Positions 40,221-50,491 are shown, counted from the stretch's first letter. The stretch: 64,000 bases of DNA from Acetofilamentum sp. (GCA_020720625.1 DYOH01000009.1:7057-71056), one strand, 5' to 3'. Notes: generated by a model not told the origin, from the sequence alone. Program-made: numbers and translations.

Positions 40221-42272
40221 CTAATCTAGTCCGTAATACTTTCTCACAAGCCACTCTGCAGAAAGTAAAAATAAAATAATGAAAAACAAGTACTTAAAAT
40301 GAATAACATCATCCACTTGCGACGTAGTTCTTATTATACTTTTCAGATTTTTCTTAAATAGTATACTATCTATTAACTGATTTCTACTTTCCCATGGAAG
40401 CAGAGCTCCTTTAGAACGAAACGACATTTGTTGCAAAAGTGCAACATCTGCTCTACTCTTTTTGCTTTCGAGTAAATTTTGCTCAACAAAAAAGGCACCT
40501 TCTTCTCGATATTTTTTCTCGTTTTGATAAACGGCCTCAAAAATAAAATTCTTTAATCCCGCAGAATCAGGCACAACTTTGGCTTGAAAAATGTTTTCTG
40601 CTACCGGAACAAAATTAATTACTTCTTTATTTATGCTCAGTTTTGGTGCAGTTTTCAGTTTGAGCGAATCGGGTACAAAAAACTGAAAAATAGCAGGCTC
40701 CCCCTCCGATGTAATGAGATTGTATTCCAGGTTTTCTTTATTCTCGTTTTGCTTAAGCATTAAGGATGCCACTTGATTAACAAACTCCTGAAAATTGGTT
40801 TTAGATGCATTTTGTTTATAATCTTCCATGGCCCATTTCCAAATTCCGGTGGCATTTAAAAAAACGGTTTTGGTTGATGGAACAAATTGCATTAAAACAT
40901 CGTTGGTTTCAATACCTTTGTATAGCCTTTTTAAAAGGATATTTCCACCTAAAGGATATTTATACTCGGCATATTGAGTAATAAGTGGCGCCTTATTTTG
41001 TATTATATCCAGAAAAGCAGGCGAAATTTGAAGCAAACTCTGCGAACTTTCAGGAGTTGCATTCGAAAAATCCAGATTTCGGCTAATAAGTTTTGCATCT
41101 ACCCCCCATTTTTGTTCGTTCAAAAGCTTAAACTGCGTGCGGGTACCAATAATTACAAGTTTTGGAATATCCCCAAAATTAAATTGAGCCGACAAACTTC
41201 GCCAATCAGCAGAAATATCCGGTAACTGATGCAGCACAACTGCATCGGGTACACTCGTCATTTTATAATTAGAGATAATTTGAGAAACAACAGTAAAATT
41301 CAGATTATCGCTTAAAATTCCATGTATTGCCGCCATATCAGGATGTGGAGCACTTCCGAGTATCAACCAATTGGTTTTCTTATCGATAACCTTTATGGCG
41401 ATTTTTTGTTTATTATTGAGCACATTTGCCTCACCTTCGAGTACCTTCAATTCAAAATCGAATAACTGAAGACCAACTTCCTTAAATTCTAATTCAATCT
41501 CCTTTTCCCAGAAAAATGATGAATTATTAATTACAATCGGGAAAGACTGAAGCACTCGCCCATCCTTTTTTACTTCGAGTGTTGTTTTTTTCCCTTCTAA
41601 AAAATCAGCAGCAAGCTGCACTTTTAATGTGGCAGTGGTTTGCCAAAAAGCAGTTTGATTATAAAAAATACGATCAAAACCAATATCCGGACTTTTTAAA
41701 TCGCCTCCAACCACAAGATTGATTATAGGAACCAAAGATTTTTCTGATAAATAAACCGGATTGCTCCCAAAATTGTGGTTTCCATCTGAAATAATCACTG
41801 CAGCCACCATGTTTTTTCCTGTTAAATAGCCCAAATACGGGAAAACAGCAGAAATATTCGTAAACTTTTGTTTAAACCCAATGGTCTCATTTTTTAAAAT
41901 ATCTTTTCCAAACGAAAATATATCGAACTCAATTTCTTTCTCATTTTTTAGCATATTAGTAAACTCGCTTACCGATGGCTGCGGATTATTATCCGGAAAA
42001 TACATCTGCATTGACGCTGAATTATCAATAAATACCGGAACATAAGGTTTTTCTATTGTTCTAAAAACCTGTTCAATTAGCGGCTTTAAAAAAAGAAAAA
42101 TCAGGAGTAAAAAAACCAAAGTTCGAAACAAAATCAGCACATAAAACCAGAATTTTGGAATCTGATTTTTTATCGGGCGATGATATAATCTCAAAATCAA
42201 CCATAAACTAACAATTAATAATGGAATAGCCCAAAATATTGAAATTTGAAAATCGATTCCAAAATCGGTCAT
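40221..42272 (-). CDS. Membrane-anchored vWA-like domain protein (conserved hypothetical)
   Basis: Two N-terminal TM helices, DNSASM (MIDAS-like) and ISDGNHN, APHPD, C-terminal TM ending EWLVRKYYG; downstream of fabG. Confidence 0.7.
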   Translation of the reverse strand: MTDFGIDFQISIFWAIPLLIVSLWLILRLYHRPIKNQIPKFWFYVLILFRTLVFLLLIFLFLKPLIEQVFRTIEKPYVPVFIDNSASMQMYFPDNNPQPSVSEFTNMLKNEKEIEFDIFSFGKDILKNETIGFKQKFTNISAVFPYLGYLTGKNMVAAVIISDGNHNFGSNPVYLSEKSLVPIINLVVGGDLKSPDIGFDRIFYNQTAFWQTTATLKVQLAADFLEGKKTTLEVKKDGRVLQSFPIVINNSSFFWEKEIELEFKEVGLQLFDFELKVLEGEANVLNNKQKIAIKVIDKKTNWLILGSAPHPDMAAIHGILSDNLNFTVVSQIISNYKMTSVPDAVVLHQLPDISADWRSLSAQFNFGDIPKLVIIGTRTQFKLLNEQKWGVDAKLISRNLDFSNATPESSQSLLQISPAFLDIIQNKAPLITQYAEYKYPLGGNILLKRLYKGIETNDVLMQFVPSTKTVFLNATGIWKWAMEDYKQNASKTNFQEFVNQVASLMLKQNENKENLEYNLITSEGEPAIFQFFVPDSLKLKTAPKLSINKEVINFVPVAENIFQAKVVPDSAGLKNFIFEAVYQNEKKYREEGAFFVEQNLLESKKSRADVALLQQMSFRSKGALLPWESRNQLIDSILFKKNLKSIIRTTSQVDDVIHFKYLFFIILFLLSAEWLVRKYYGLD

Positions 42273-42307
42273 ACTTTAATAATTAACGGTACATTTTTAT
42301 ATAATCA

Positions 42308-43054
42308 TTACAAAGGCATAGCACCATTTACCATAATTACCTCACCTGTAATATAAGTAGATAAGTCAGAAGCTAGAAACAATGCTGTATTTGCTACATC
42401 TTCGGGCGTTCCGGCCCTTTTTAGCGGTATCGCTTTTACCCATTCTTCCTTAAGTTTTTGATCAAGGGCAGCAGTCATGTCGGTTTCAATATAGCCCGGT
42501 GCTATAGCATTGCAGCGAATATTGCGTGCCCCAATTTCTTTGGCAATAGATTTGGTAAAGCCAATAATTCCGGCTTTAGAAGCAGAATAAACAGATTGCC
42601 CTGCATTTCCGCCCACTCCAACCACCGATGTGAGATTTATAATACTACCGGCTCTTTTTTTAAGCATCGATGGAACAAAATTCTTGGTTGTATTAAATAT
42701 AGATTTCAAGTTTACGGCCATAACTTGATCCCACTGCTCTTCCGAAATTCTTAAAATCAAATTATCAATAGATATTCCGGCATTATTGACTAAAATATCG
42801 GGAGCGCCGAATTCTTTAACAACTTGTTCGGAAAATTTTTTTACTTCGTCGAAATTACTAATATCAAATCCAAAAGCAATGGCATTTACACCCAATTTTT
42901 TTAGCTCAGACTCTAAACTACTCGTGTTCTCGTTTAATTTACTGGCTGTAAAAATTATATTTGCCCCGTGTTCGGCAAATTTTATGGCAATAGCTTTGCC
43001 AATTCCTCTCGAAGCACCTGTTACAACGGCCAATTTGTTTTCCAATAATTTCAT
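42308..43054 (-). CDS. fabG: 3-oxoacyl-ACP reductase
   Basis: TGASRGIG, NNAGI, YSASKAG and APGYIETDMT; -7 box at 43074-43081 (minus). Confidence 0.93.
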   Translation of the reverse strand: MKLLENKLAVVTGASRGIGKAIAIKFAEHGANIIFTASKLNENTSSLESELKKLGVNAIAFGFDISNFDEVKKFSEQVVKEFGAPDILVNNAGISIDNLILRISEEQWDQVMAVNLKSIFNTTKNFVPSMLKKRAGSIINLTSVVGVGGNAGQSVYSASKAGIIGFTKSIAKEIGARNIRCNAIAPGYIETDMTAALDQKLKEEWVKAIPLKRAGTPEDVANTALFLASDLSTYITGEVIMVNGAMPL

Positions 43055-43168
43055 AATCTGTCAGTTTTTTATTCAAAAATACAATGTTTTCTACACAAAC
43101 ATTTCACAATTATAAAAAAAATAAATAAATTCGTATCTGTAATACCGCCATATTGGTTTTTTTTTTAT

Positions 43169-43176
43169 TAGATTTG
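43169..43176 (+). promoter_or_regulatory. Bacteroidota -7 box (TAGATTTG) for the siaB operon
   Basis: TAnnTTTG 20 nt upstream of the ATG. Confidence 0.5.
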
Positions 43177-43196
43177 TCGATATAATATAAATATAA

Positions 43197-43733
43197 ATGC
43201 CTTCGAAAATAACATCAAAACTAATAGCAGAAATTCACGATAATCACGTAATTATTGCTTATCAGGGTATATTTGATAATTCGGTGCTTACAATATTAGC
43301 TCAAAATATTGAGAATAATGTGGATACTGATGAGAGACTAAAAAAGAAACTGTTCAAAATTTTTTTAGAAATGGCTCAGAATGTATCGCTATATTCCGAA
43401 GAAAGAAAAATGGTAGGAACTTCGGATATGGGCGAAGGCATATTTATTATCAAAGAATATGACGACCATTTTACCATAGCAACAGGAAATTTGTCGCCAA
43501 CGGCATACGCAGAAATGGTAATTGAGCACATAGATAAAATAAATGCAATGAACCGGGAACAATTGCGGGAGTATAAAAGGGAGAGAAGAGCTTTGCCTCA
43601 CGGGGCAAAAGGTGGAGCCAATATTGGGCTCATACAAATTGCACTTACCTCTGAAAACAAGATTAATTGCAGAATAGGCGAAAATCATGGGCAAAATGTT
43701 TTTCTGGCTTTAGCGACCCGAATAAATAAATAA
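43197..43733 (+). CDS. SiaB-family (DUF6272) GHKL-type Ser/Thr protein kinase
   Basis: AYQGIF, KKLFKIFLEMAQNV, IATGN, IDKINAMNREQLREY and GGANIGLIQIA match the SiaB pattern; upstream of PP2C phosphatases. Confidence 0.82.
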   Translation: MPSKITSKLIAEIHDNHVIIAYQGIFDNSVLTILAQNIENNVDTDERLKKKLFKIFLEMAQNVSLYSEERKMVGTSDMGEGIFIIKEYDDHFTIATGNLSPTAYAEMVIEHIDKINAMNREQLREYKRERRALPHGAKGGANIGLIQIALTSENKINCRIGENHGQNVFLALATRINK

Positions 43734-43740
43734 ATCTATA

Positions 43741-46700
43741 ATGAATTTCCCTTTCCGACATATTATCATTATTATATTTTCAGGTATATTTTTCAATGCC
43801 TTTGGGCAGGAACATTATTTCAGATTCGAACATTTATCTAACGAGCAGGGGCTTTCGCAAAACTCCATAAGCTCCATTGTTCAAGACAACAAAGGATTTA
43901 TCTGGATTGGCACTTACGATGGATTAAACAGATACGACGGACACAATATAAAGCTATTTAGAAACGACCCTAATCTGCCTTTTTCTATTGCCGATAATTA
44001 TATAAAAACCATTATGGTTGACGAAGAAGGAAAAATTTGGGTAGGCACAAATAGCGAAGGAATTTCTGTATATTTTCCGCAAACAAATAATTTTAGAACT
44101 ATCAGAAAAGATAAATTCAACCCCAATGGATTGAGCAATAACGAGATTAACGCTATTTTCATCGATTCGGATAAACAAATTTGGGTTGGAACCAACGATG
44201 GATTAAACCTTTTGAAAAAAGACCAGGAAGAAATTAGCGCCTACGAGGATAACGAAGAAAGCTTTATTGCACAGCAAAGTGGAATTCTGACAAAAGTATT
44301 TCAAAATTTTTTTCACAATGCTTCCAATCCCAATACTATTGCGGGAAATAAAATATCCGATATCGCACAAGTTGATGATATCTCGCTTGCCATATCAACC
44401 GAAAATGGTATTTCTATTTACAACAAAACCGATGATAAGTTCTCGATTTTTTGGAACAAAAGCACACAAAAAATCTTTATGAACAAAAATAATTATTTCT
44501 ATTTCGCATCCGAAAATAATTTATATTCAGCTTATTTCGATGGATATACATTATCGAAGCCCGAAATTATTATTCCCAACATAAAAGTTAAAGACATATT
44601 AGCCGACAATGAGGGTGTTATTTGGCTGGCAACCTCAGAAGGAATTATCTCGCTCAATGCAGAAAATAAAGCTGTTCGCAAAATATTAAATAATCCCCTA
44701 GATCCTAGCTCATTAACAGTTAACGATATTAACACCTTATTTTTCGACCGAACCCAGGTGCTTTGGGTTGGAACGGAACTGGGCGGCCTAAATAAATGGG
44801 ATCCGGGTTCTACCGGAATTGAACTTTACAGAAAAAACCCATTCAGCACTAATAGCATTTCATCAAACATGATAAGATCCATTTATAAAGATAAACAAAA
44901 TATCCTTTGGATTGGCACTGTTGATGGAGGATTAAACAAATGGGATCTGAATACAAATAAAATTAGCAGATTTTTACACAACCCAAAAGATAAATTCAGC
45001 CTCCCGCACAACCATGTAAGATGTATTTTCGAAGACGATAAAAATAATTTATGGATTGGCACCGACGGCAATGGTGCTTGCATTTTCGACAGAAAAACCG
45101 AAAAATTTATTCCAATAGAAATCGAAGGCCTTGAACCAGAAAACAAGCGAATTTGGCATATAGCTCAAGACCATAAAAAAGCTATTTGGCTGGCAAGTTT
45201 TGGCGGCGGATTAATAGAATACGATCCCATTACCAAAAAGTCTAAAATTTACAGGCGAAAAGCTGAGAAAAGCGGCAGTCTTACTGACAACCGCATTACC
45301 TTTGTATACGAAGATAATAGCAGAATACTTTGGGTAGGAACATTTGGCGGTGGATTGGAACGCTGGGACAGATATACCCAAACTTTTAAACATAATAAAT
45401 ACAGCAGAAAAGACCCTAAAACAATTAGTAACGACCGTATTTACACCATTTTCGAAGACTCGAAAAACACCATTTGGATTTCGACAAAGGCTGGCTTAAA
45501 TAAGTATCTGCCTGAAAAAAACGAATTTATACGTTTCACTGAGGCCAACGGACTTCCCAATAATGTAATCATGGGAATTTTAGAAGACGCACATCGAAAT
45601 CTTTGGCTTAGTACGAATAATGGCATTGCACGTTTCGATCTAAACGACTATTCTGTTGTAAATTACGACATGAATGATGGTTTGCAGAGTAATGAATTTT
45701 TGGTAGGAGCCTACTTTAAGGACCTTAGCGGAAAAATGTATTTCGGCGGAATTAACGGATTAAATGCCTTTTATCCGGAAAAATTACAATCGAACCAGTA
45801 TGTACCCCAAATTGTTATTCTTAATTTAAAAATAAACAATAAAAATGCCGAAACAATAGTAAACTCGCCCCTTTTGCAAAATATTACCTATACAAAAGAC
45901 ATTACTTTAAATTACGAACAAAACGTTTTTTCGATTGAATTTGCCGCCATGCATTTCTCTCAACCTCAAAAAAACAAATACATGTACATGCTTTATCCTT
46001 TTGATAAAGAGTGGATTAATACAGATGCAAACCATAGAACCGCTACATATACCAACATAGAACCCGGAGAATATATTTTTAGGGTAATAGGATCAAACTC
46101 CGATGGCGTTTGGAACGAAGAAGGTGTATCGCTGGTAATTAAGATAAATCCACCGGTTTGGCAAACCTGGTGGTTTAGAACCATCGTAATATTAAGCGTA
46201 TTGCTTGGCATTTTTTTTTGGTACTGGTCGCGTATTAATAGAATTAAAAATCAAAAGAAAAAACTAGAAGAAGAAGTAATTCTGCGCACCAAAGAAATTG
46301 CAGATAAAAATGATGAAATTACCAAGCAATCCAAAGAACTCGAAAAATTATCATGGGTAGCCAGCCAAACACAAAACGCCGTTATTATTATGTCGCCAAC
46401 CGGCGAAATAGAATGGGTAAATGCAGGCTTTAAACGCATGTTTGGTTATAAGCTCGGCGAATGGATTAAGCACAAATCTTCGAATATTATGGGGCCTGAA
46501 ACCAATGATATGGTGAAAGAACAATTTAGATTATGCACTGAAAAATCAAGACCGGTTACTTACGAACTTAAAGTGATGAAAAGAGATGGGTCTATTATGT
46601 TTGTTCAAGCAAATTTAGTACCCATACTAGATACTTCAAACAATGTAATAAAAATAATTGCAGTGGATTCTGATATTACGGATTTAAAAAAAGCTGAATC

Positions 46701-47553
46701 TGAAATTATTGCACAAAAAGAAGAATTAGAAGAACAAAAAGAACAGCTTGAACTGCAAAACAGACAAATTGCACAACAAAACGAAAACATAAAAGGCTCA
46801 ATAAGATATGCACTTACGCTACAAACCAATATATTGCCACTTGAAGAACAAATACAGGATTTTTTTAATACTTTTATTCTATATCAGCCCAAAGACATAG
46901 TTTCCGGAGATTTATACTGGTATCATCATCATAAAGATACAGACGATCATTTTTTAGCTGTAATAGACTGCACCGGCCATGGAGTTCCGGGAGCATTTAT
47001 GTCGCTTATCTCTAATAATCTGCTCAACGAAATTGTTATTCAAGACAAAATTCTTGTGCCTGCCGATATCTTATTTCAAATTGACCGACGATTAACCAAA
47101 TTTTTGAAACAAGACAAGAACGACAATACAGATGGTATGGATATTGCACTAACTAAAATCAAAATAAACCAAAAAATACTTAATGTAACTTTTGCCGGAT
47201 CTAAAAGACCTGCCATTATTTACAGAAAAGTAACAAATAATACAGAAATTATTAAAAGCAGCAGAAAAGCAATTGGCGGATTAATTGGAAAAAATCCGGA
47301 AAGTGAATTTTTAAATATAAATTTTTTGTTAAATCAAGGAGATATATTATTTTTAACCTCTGATGGATTTGCTGACCAAAACGACAAGGACAGAAAAAAA
47401 TTCGGTTCGACAAAGTTGATACAAGTTTTCGAAGAAAACGCTTCTGAATCAATGGAATACCAAAAAGAAGCACTTCTAAAAAAACTAGAAAATCACATGC
47501 AAGGAACAGAACAAAGAGACGACATTACAATAATTGGATTAAAACCCAAATGA
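43741..47553 (+). CDS. Membrane sensor phosphatase: beta-propeller (Reg_prop) repeats-Y_Y_Y-TM-PAS-SpoIIE/PP2C
   Basis: Many D-x-x-G-x-IWIGT repeats, YTNIEPGEYIFRV, PPVWQTWWF, PAS; PP2C motifs PKDIVSGD, DCTGHGVPGAFMS, DGMD, SDG, RDDIT. Confidence 0.92.
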   Translation: MNFPFRHIIIIIFSGIFFNAFGQEHYFRFEHLSNEQGLSQNSISSIVQDNKGFIWIGTYDGLNRYDGHNIKLFRNDPNLPFSIADNYIKTIMVDEEGKIWVGTNSEGISVYFPQTNNFRTIRKDKFNPNGLSNNEINAIFIDSDKQIWVGTNDGLNLLKKDQEEISAYEDNEESFIAQQSGILTKVFQNFFHNASNPNTIAGNKISDIAQVDDISLAISTENGISIYNKTDDKFSIFWNKSTQKIFMNKNNYFYFASENNLYSAYFDGYTLSKPEIIIPNIKVKDILADNEGVIWLATSEGIISLNAENKAVRKILNNPLDPSSLTVNDINTLFFDRTQVLWVGTELGGLNKWDPGSTGIELYRKNPFSTNSISSNMIRSIYKDKQNILWIGTVDGGLNKWDLNTNKISRFLHNPKDKFSLPHNHVRCIFEDDKNNLWIGTDGNGACIFDRKTEKFIPIEIEGLEPENKRIWHIAQDHKKAIWLASFGGGLIEYDPITKKSKIYRRKAEKSGSLTDNRITFVYEDNSRILWVGTFGGGLERWDRYTQTFKHNKYSRKDPKTISNDRIYTIFEDSKNTIWISTKAGLNKYLPEKNEFIRFTEANGLPNNVIMGILEDAHRNLWLSTNNGIARFDLNDYSVVNYDMNDGLQSNEFLVGAYFKDLSGKMYFGGINGLNAFYPEKLQSNQYVPQIVILNLKINNKNAETIVNSPLLQNITYTKDITLNYEQNVFSIEFAAMHFSQPQKNKYMYMLYPFDKEWINTDANHRTATYTNIEPGEYIFRVIGSNSDGVWNEEGVSLVIKINPPVWQTWWFRTIVILSVLLGIFFWYWSRINRIKNQKKKLEEEVILRTKEIADKNDEITKQSKELEKLSWVASQTQNAVIIMSPTGEIEWVNAGFKRMFGYKLGEWIKHKSSNIMGPETNDMVKEQFRLCTEKSRPVTYELKVMKRDGSIMFVQANLVPILDTSNNVIKIIAVDSDITDLKKAESEIIAQKEELEEQKEQLELQNRQIAQQNENIKGSIRYALTLQTNILPLEEQIQDFFNTFILYQPKDIVSGDLYWYHHHKDTDDHFLAVIDCTGHGVPGAFMSLISNNLLNEIVIQDKILVPADILFQIDRRLTKFLKQDKNDNTDGMDIALTKIKINQKILNVTFAGSKRPAIIYRKVTNNTEIIKSSRKAIGGLIGKNPESEFLNINFLLNQGDILFLTSDGFADQNDKDRKKFGSTKLIQVFEENASESMEYQKEALLKKLENHMQGTEQRDDITIIGLKPK

Positions 47554-50369
47554 AAATAAGTTATAGATACATAGCCGTTTTAATAGTATTATTTCTCTTC
47601 AACAGCAAACAAATGCTGGGGCAGGCAATGTCGCAAGATAAAATCAAATCCATTTACATACTTAATTTTGCACGATACGTTGAATGGCCAAATGCTCAAA
47701 ATCAAAAAGAAATTTCTATTGGAATTGTTGGTAATGAAAACATTTTCAACGAATTATTAATCCAAACAAAAAATAATGAAATAAACGGTTTGCCGATAAA
47801 AGTAATCTATTTTAAAAAAATTAAAGGGCTTACAAAGGTAAATGTGCTATACATCGACAATAAATTGAACGACTACGTAGTAGATGTAGTAGAAACCGTG
47901 CAAAAGCAATCTACACTTTTGGTTACAGACAGATACGAAAACCCTGACCATATTATGGTTAACATTTTGCCTTTGGATATTGGCAAAAAGCGCTACGAAC
48001 TAAACAAAGCTAATTTTACCAAAGCCAAACTAAAAGCTACCAACCAATTACTGCTTCACGGAGGCACAAGCGACGATATAAAGCTTATTTATACTGAAAT
48101 AGAAAATGAATTAAAAGAAAAAGAAACTCGCGTACAGGAACAAACCAAAATACTTGACGAAAAAATAAAAGAAAACGATAACCAGAAAAAAGCCATTGCT
48201 GAACAACAAAGAAAAATAGACGAACAAAAAAAGGAACTATCTACTTTACTACTTGAATTAAAAGTTCAGAAGGATGCCTTAGACAAAAATGAGCTTATTT
48301 TGTTAGAGCAACAAAATAATATGGAAGTACAAACCAAAGCGCTCGACGACCAAAACAAGGCCATTCAAGAACAAACATTAAGGCTTGAAGAACAGAAAGA
48401 AAAAGCAAATAAGCAAGAAAAAGCCATTGAAATAAAAACTAAGGAAGTTAGCGAAATTCAGAAAAAAATTGAAGCTCAGAAAAAAATCTTACGACAACAA
48501 GATGCCCTTATTCAAACCCAAAAAGGTATTCTCATCATTATTATAGCTTTTTTAGCCCTCTTGCTGCTTCTCGCATTTTTTATTTGGCGTGGTTATAGAA
48601 TAAAACAAAAAATAAACAAACAACTCGAAGAGAAAAACATTGCCATTAACCAGCAAAAAGAAGAAATTCTTGCGCAAAGTAAGCAGCTTGAGATTATTAA
48701 CCAGGAATTAGAAAAATTATCGATTGTAGCCAGTAAAACAGAAAATGCAGTTACCATTATGGATGCCCAAGGAAATCTGGAGTGGGTAAATGCCGGTTTT
48801 ACAAGACTTTATGGATATACACTGCAATTACTTACTAACGAAAAAGGGCTGAACATTATAAATATTAGTTCGAATCCGAATATTCGCAAGATTATTTATA
48901 ATTGCACTCACAACAAAAAAACCGAATTATACGAATCTCAGAATTATACCAGGCAAGGAGAAACCATTTGGGTACAAACCACCCTTACTCCCATCCTGGA
49001 CGACGATGAAAATGTAGTGAAACTAGTAGCTATTGAAACCGACATAAGACAATTAAAAGAAGCAGAAGAAGCTAACAGGCGATATAGCACACAAATATCC
49101 CGTCAGGCAGAGGAACTTCAGCTAAAAAACGAGCAGCTCGAAAAGCTTTCGATTGTAGCTAGTGAAACAGACAATGCCATTACTATTATGAACGGAATAG
49201 GAAATATTGAATGGATTAATGAAGGATTTACAAGACTGTTTGGATACAATTTGGACGAGTATCTGAGTCAGAAAAAAAATATTGTTTCGGCAGATACACC
49301 CGAAGAAACCAAAATATTGATACATAGCTGCATTAGAGAAAAACAAACGGCTAGTTTTCAGTCGAAGCTTAAAACAAGGCATGGCAAATATTTGTGGGTA
49401 CAAACTACCCTAACCCCATTGATCGACAAAACAGGAGGCGTTTACAAACTTATTGCCATTGACACCGATATCAGCAAATTAAAAGAAGCCGAACAGGAGA
49501 TAAGGCAGCAACACGAAGAAATTTTGCAGCAAAAAGAAACACTATTGCTGCAAAATGAAGAGATTCAGGCGCAAAGAGATAAAGTTGAACAACAAAACAA
49601 ACATATAAGGGGAAGCATAAATTACGCTCTTACTATTCAAAGGGCAATGCTACCATTATTGGATATTACAAATCAATACTTTAAATCCTTTATTATTTAT
49701 CGGCCAAAAGATATTGTCTCGGGCGATTTTTATTGGTTTTTTCATAAAGATGAAACCACGAGAACCTTGGCTGCAGTTGTTGATTGCACTGGCCACGGTG
49801 TTCCGGGGGCTTTTATGAGCATGATAGGTAGCCGCATTTTGAGCGAAATTGTGGCCGAAAGTAAACTTATCCGACCCAGCCAAATTTTAGAAGAATTAAA
49901 CATCAGAATTAAAAAAGCACTTAAGCAATCGCAAACCGAAAATAACGACGGCATGGATGTGTCATTGGTTTGTTTGTCGAAAATTGACGAACATAAAACA
50001 CGGGTGGTATTCTCCGGTGCTAAAAGACCATTATTCTTTTTCCGCAAAAGCGATAGTGAAATGGATATGATTAAAGGTGATCGAAAATCTATTGGTGGCT
50101 CAAGGTTAAAAAGGGTTGAGATTCCATTTACCGACAAAGAATTGTTTTTCGAAAAAGGCGATATGATATATCTTTTTTCTGATGGCATTATTGACCAAAA
50201 CGATTTTGACAGGAAAAAATTTGGTTCCCCCCAATTTATAGAACTTATTAACCAGGTAGCTAAGGAAAGTCTCGAATACCAACAGGAAATTATTACCCAG
50301 GCGCTCGACAAGCACCAAGGAAAAGAAGAGCAGCGCGACGACATTACCGTTTGGGGTATTCAGACTTAA
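47550..50369 (+). CDS. Membrane sensor phosphatase: YfiR-like domain-long coiled coil-TM-PAS-PAS-SpoIIE/PP2C
   Basis: Signal peptide, IKSIYILNFARYVEWP (YfiR), ~150-aa Q/E/K heptad region, TM, two PAS repeats, intact PP2C motifs; ATGA overlap with the upstream gene. Confidence 0.88.
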   Translation: MKISYRYIAVLIVLFLFNSKQMLGQAMSQDKIKSIYILNFARYVEWPNAQNQKEISIGIVGNENIFNELLIQTKNNEINGLPIKVIYFKKIKGLTKVNVLYIDNKLNDYVVDVVETVQKQSTLLVTDRYENPDHIMVNILPLDIGKKRYELNKANFTKAKLKATNQLLLHGGTSDDIKLIYTEIENELKEKETRVQEQTKILDEKIKENDNQKKAIAEQQRKIDEQKKELSTLLLELKVQKDALDKNELILLEQQNNMEVQTKALDDQNKAIQEQTLRLEEQKEKANKQEKAIEIKTKEVSEIQKKIEAQKKILRQQDALIQTQKGILIIIIAFLALLLLLAFFIWRGYRIKQKINKQLEEKNIAINQQKEEILAQSKQLEIINQELEKLSIVASKTENAVTIMDAQGNLEWVNAGFTRLYGYTLQLLTNEKGLNIINISSNPNIRKIIYNCTHNKKTELYESQNYTRQGETIWVQTTLTPILDDDENVVKLVAIETDIRQLKEAEEANRRYSTQISRQAEELQLKNEQLEKLSIVASETDNAITIMNGIGNIEWINEGFTRLFGYNLDEYLSQKKNIVSADTPEETKILIHSCIREKQTASFQSKLKTRHGKYLWVQTTLTPLIDKTGGVYKLIAIDTDISKLKEAEQEIRQQHEEILQQKETLLLQNEEIQAQRDKVEQQNKHIRGSINYALTIQRAMLPLLDITNQYFKSFIIYRPKDIVSGDFYWFFHKDETTRTLAAVVDCTGHGVPGAFMSMIGSRILSEIVAESKLIRPSQILEELNIRIKKALKQSQTENNDGMDVSLVCLSKIDEHKTRVVFSGAKRPLFFFRKSDSEMDMIKGDRKSIGGSRLKRVEIPFTDKELFFEKGDMIYLFSDGIIDQNDFDRKKFGSPQFIELINQVAKESLEYQQEIITQALDKHQGKEEQRDDITVWGIQT

Positions 50370-50491
50370 ATTGTGCCACCCAGGAACAAACTTAGCCAAT
50401 ACCATATTTCATCCAAGTGTATTTAGGATAAAGATAATGCTACATTTTAGCGCAACACGATTAGGTTAAAATATAAGCCCTTCTCACACAT

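Noticed and set aside
49742..50344. 200-aa antisense ORF, and the other antisense or nested ORFs in the track (for example 1107-1451, 21978-22508, 39573-39926)
   Set aside because: They lie within well-supported genes, have Ser/Phe/Ile-biased shadow composition and show no recognisable motifs.
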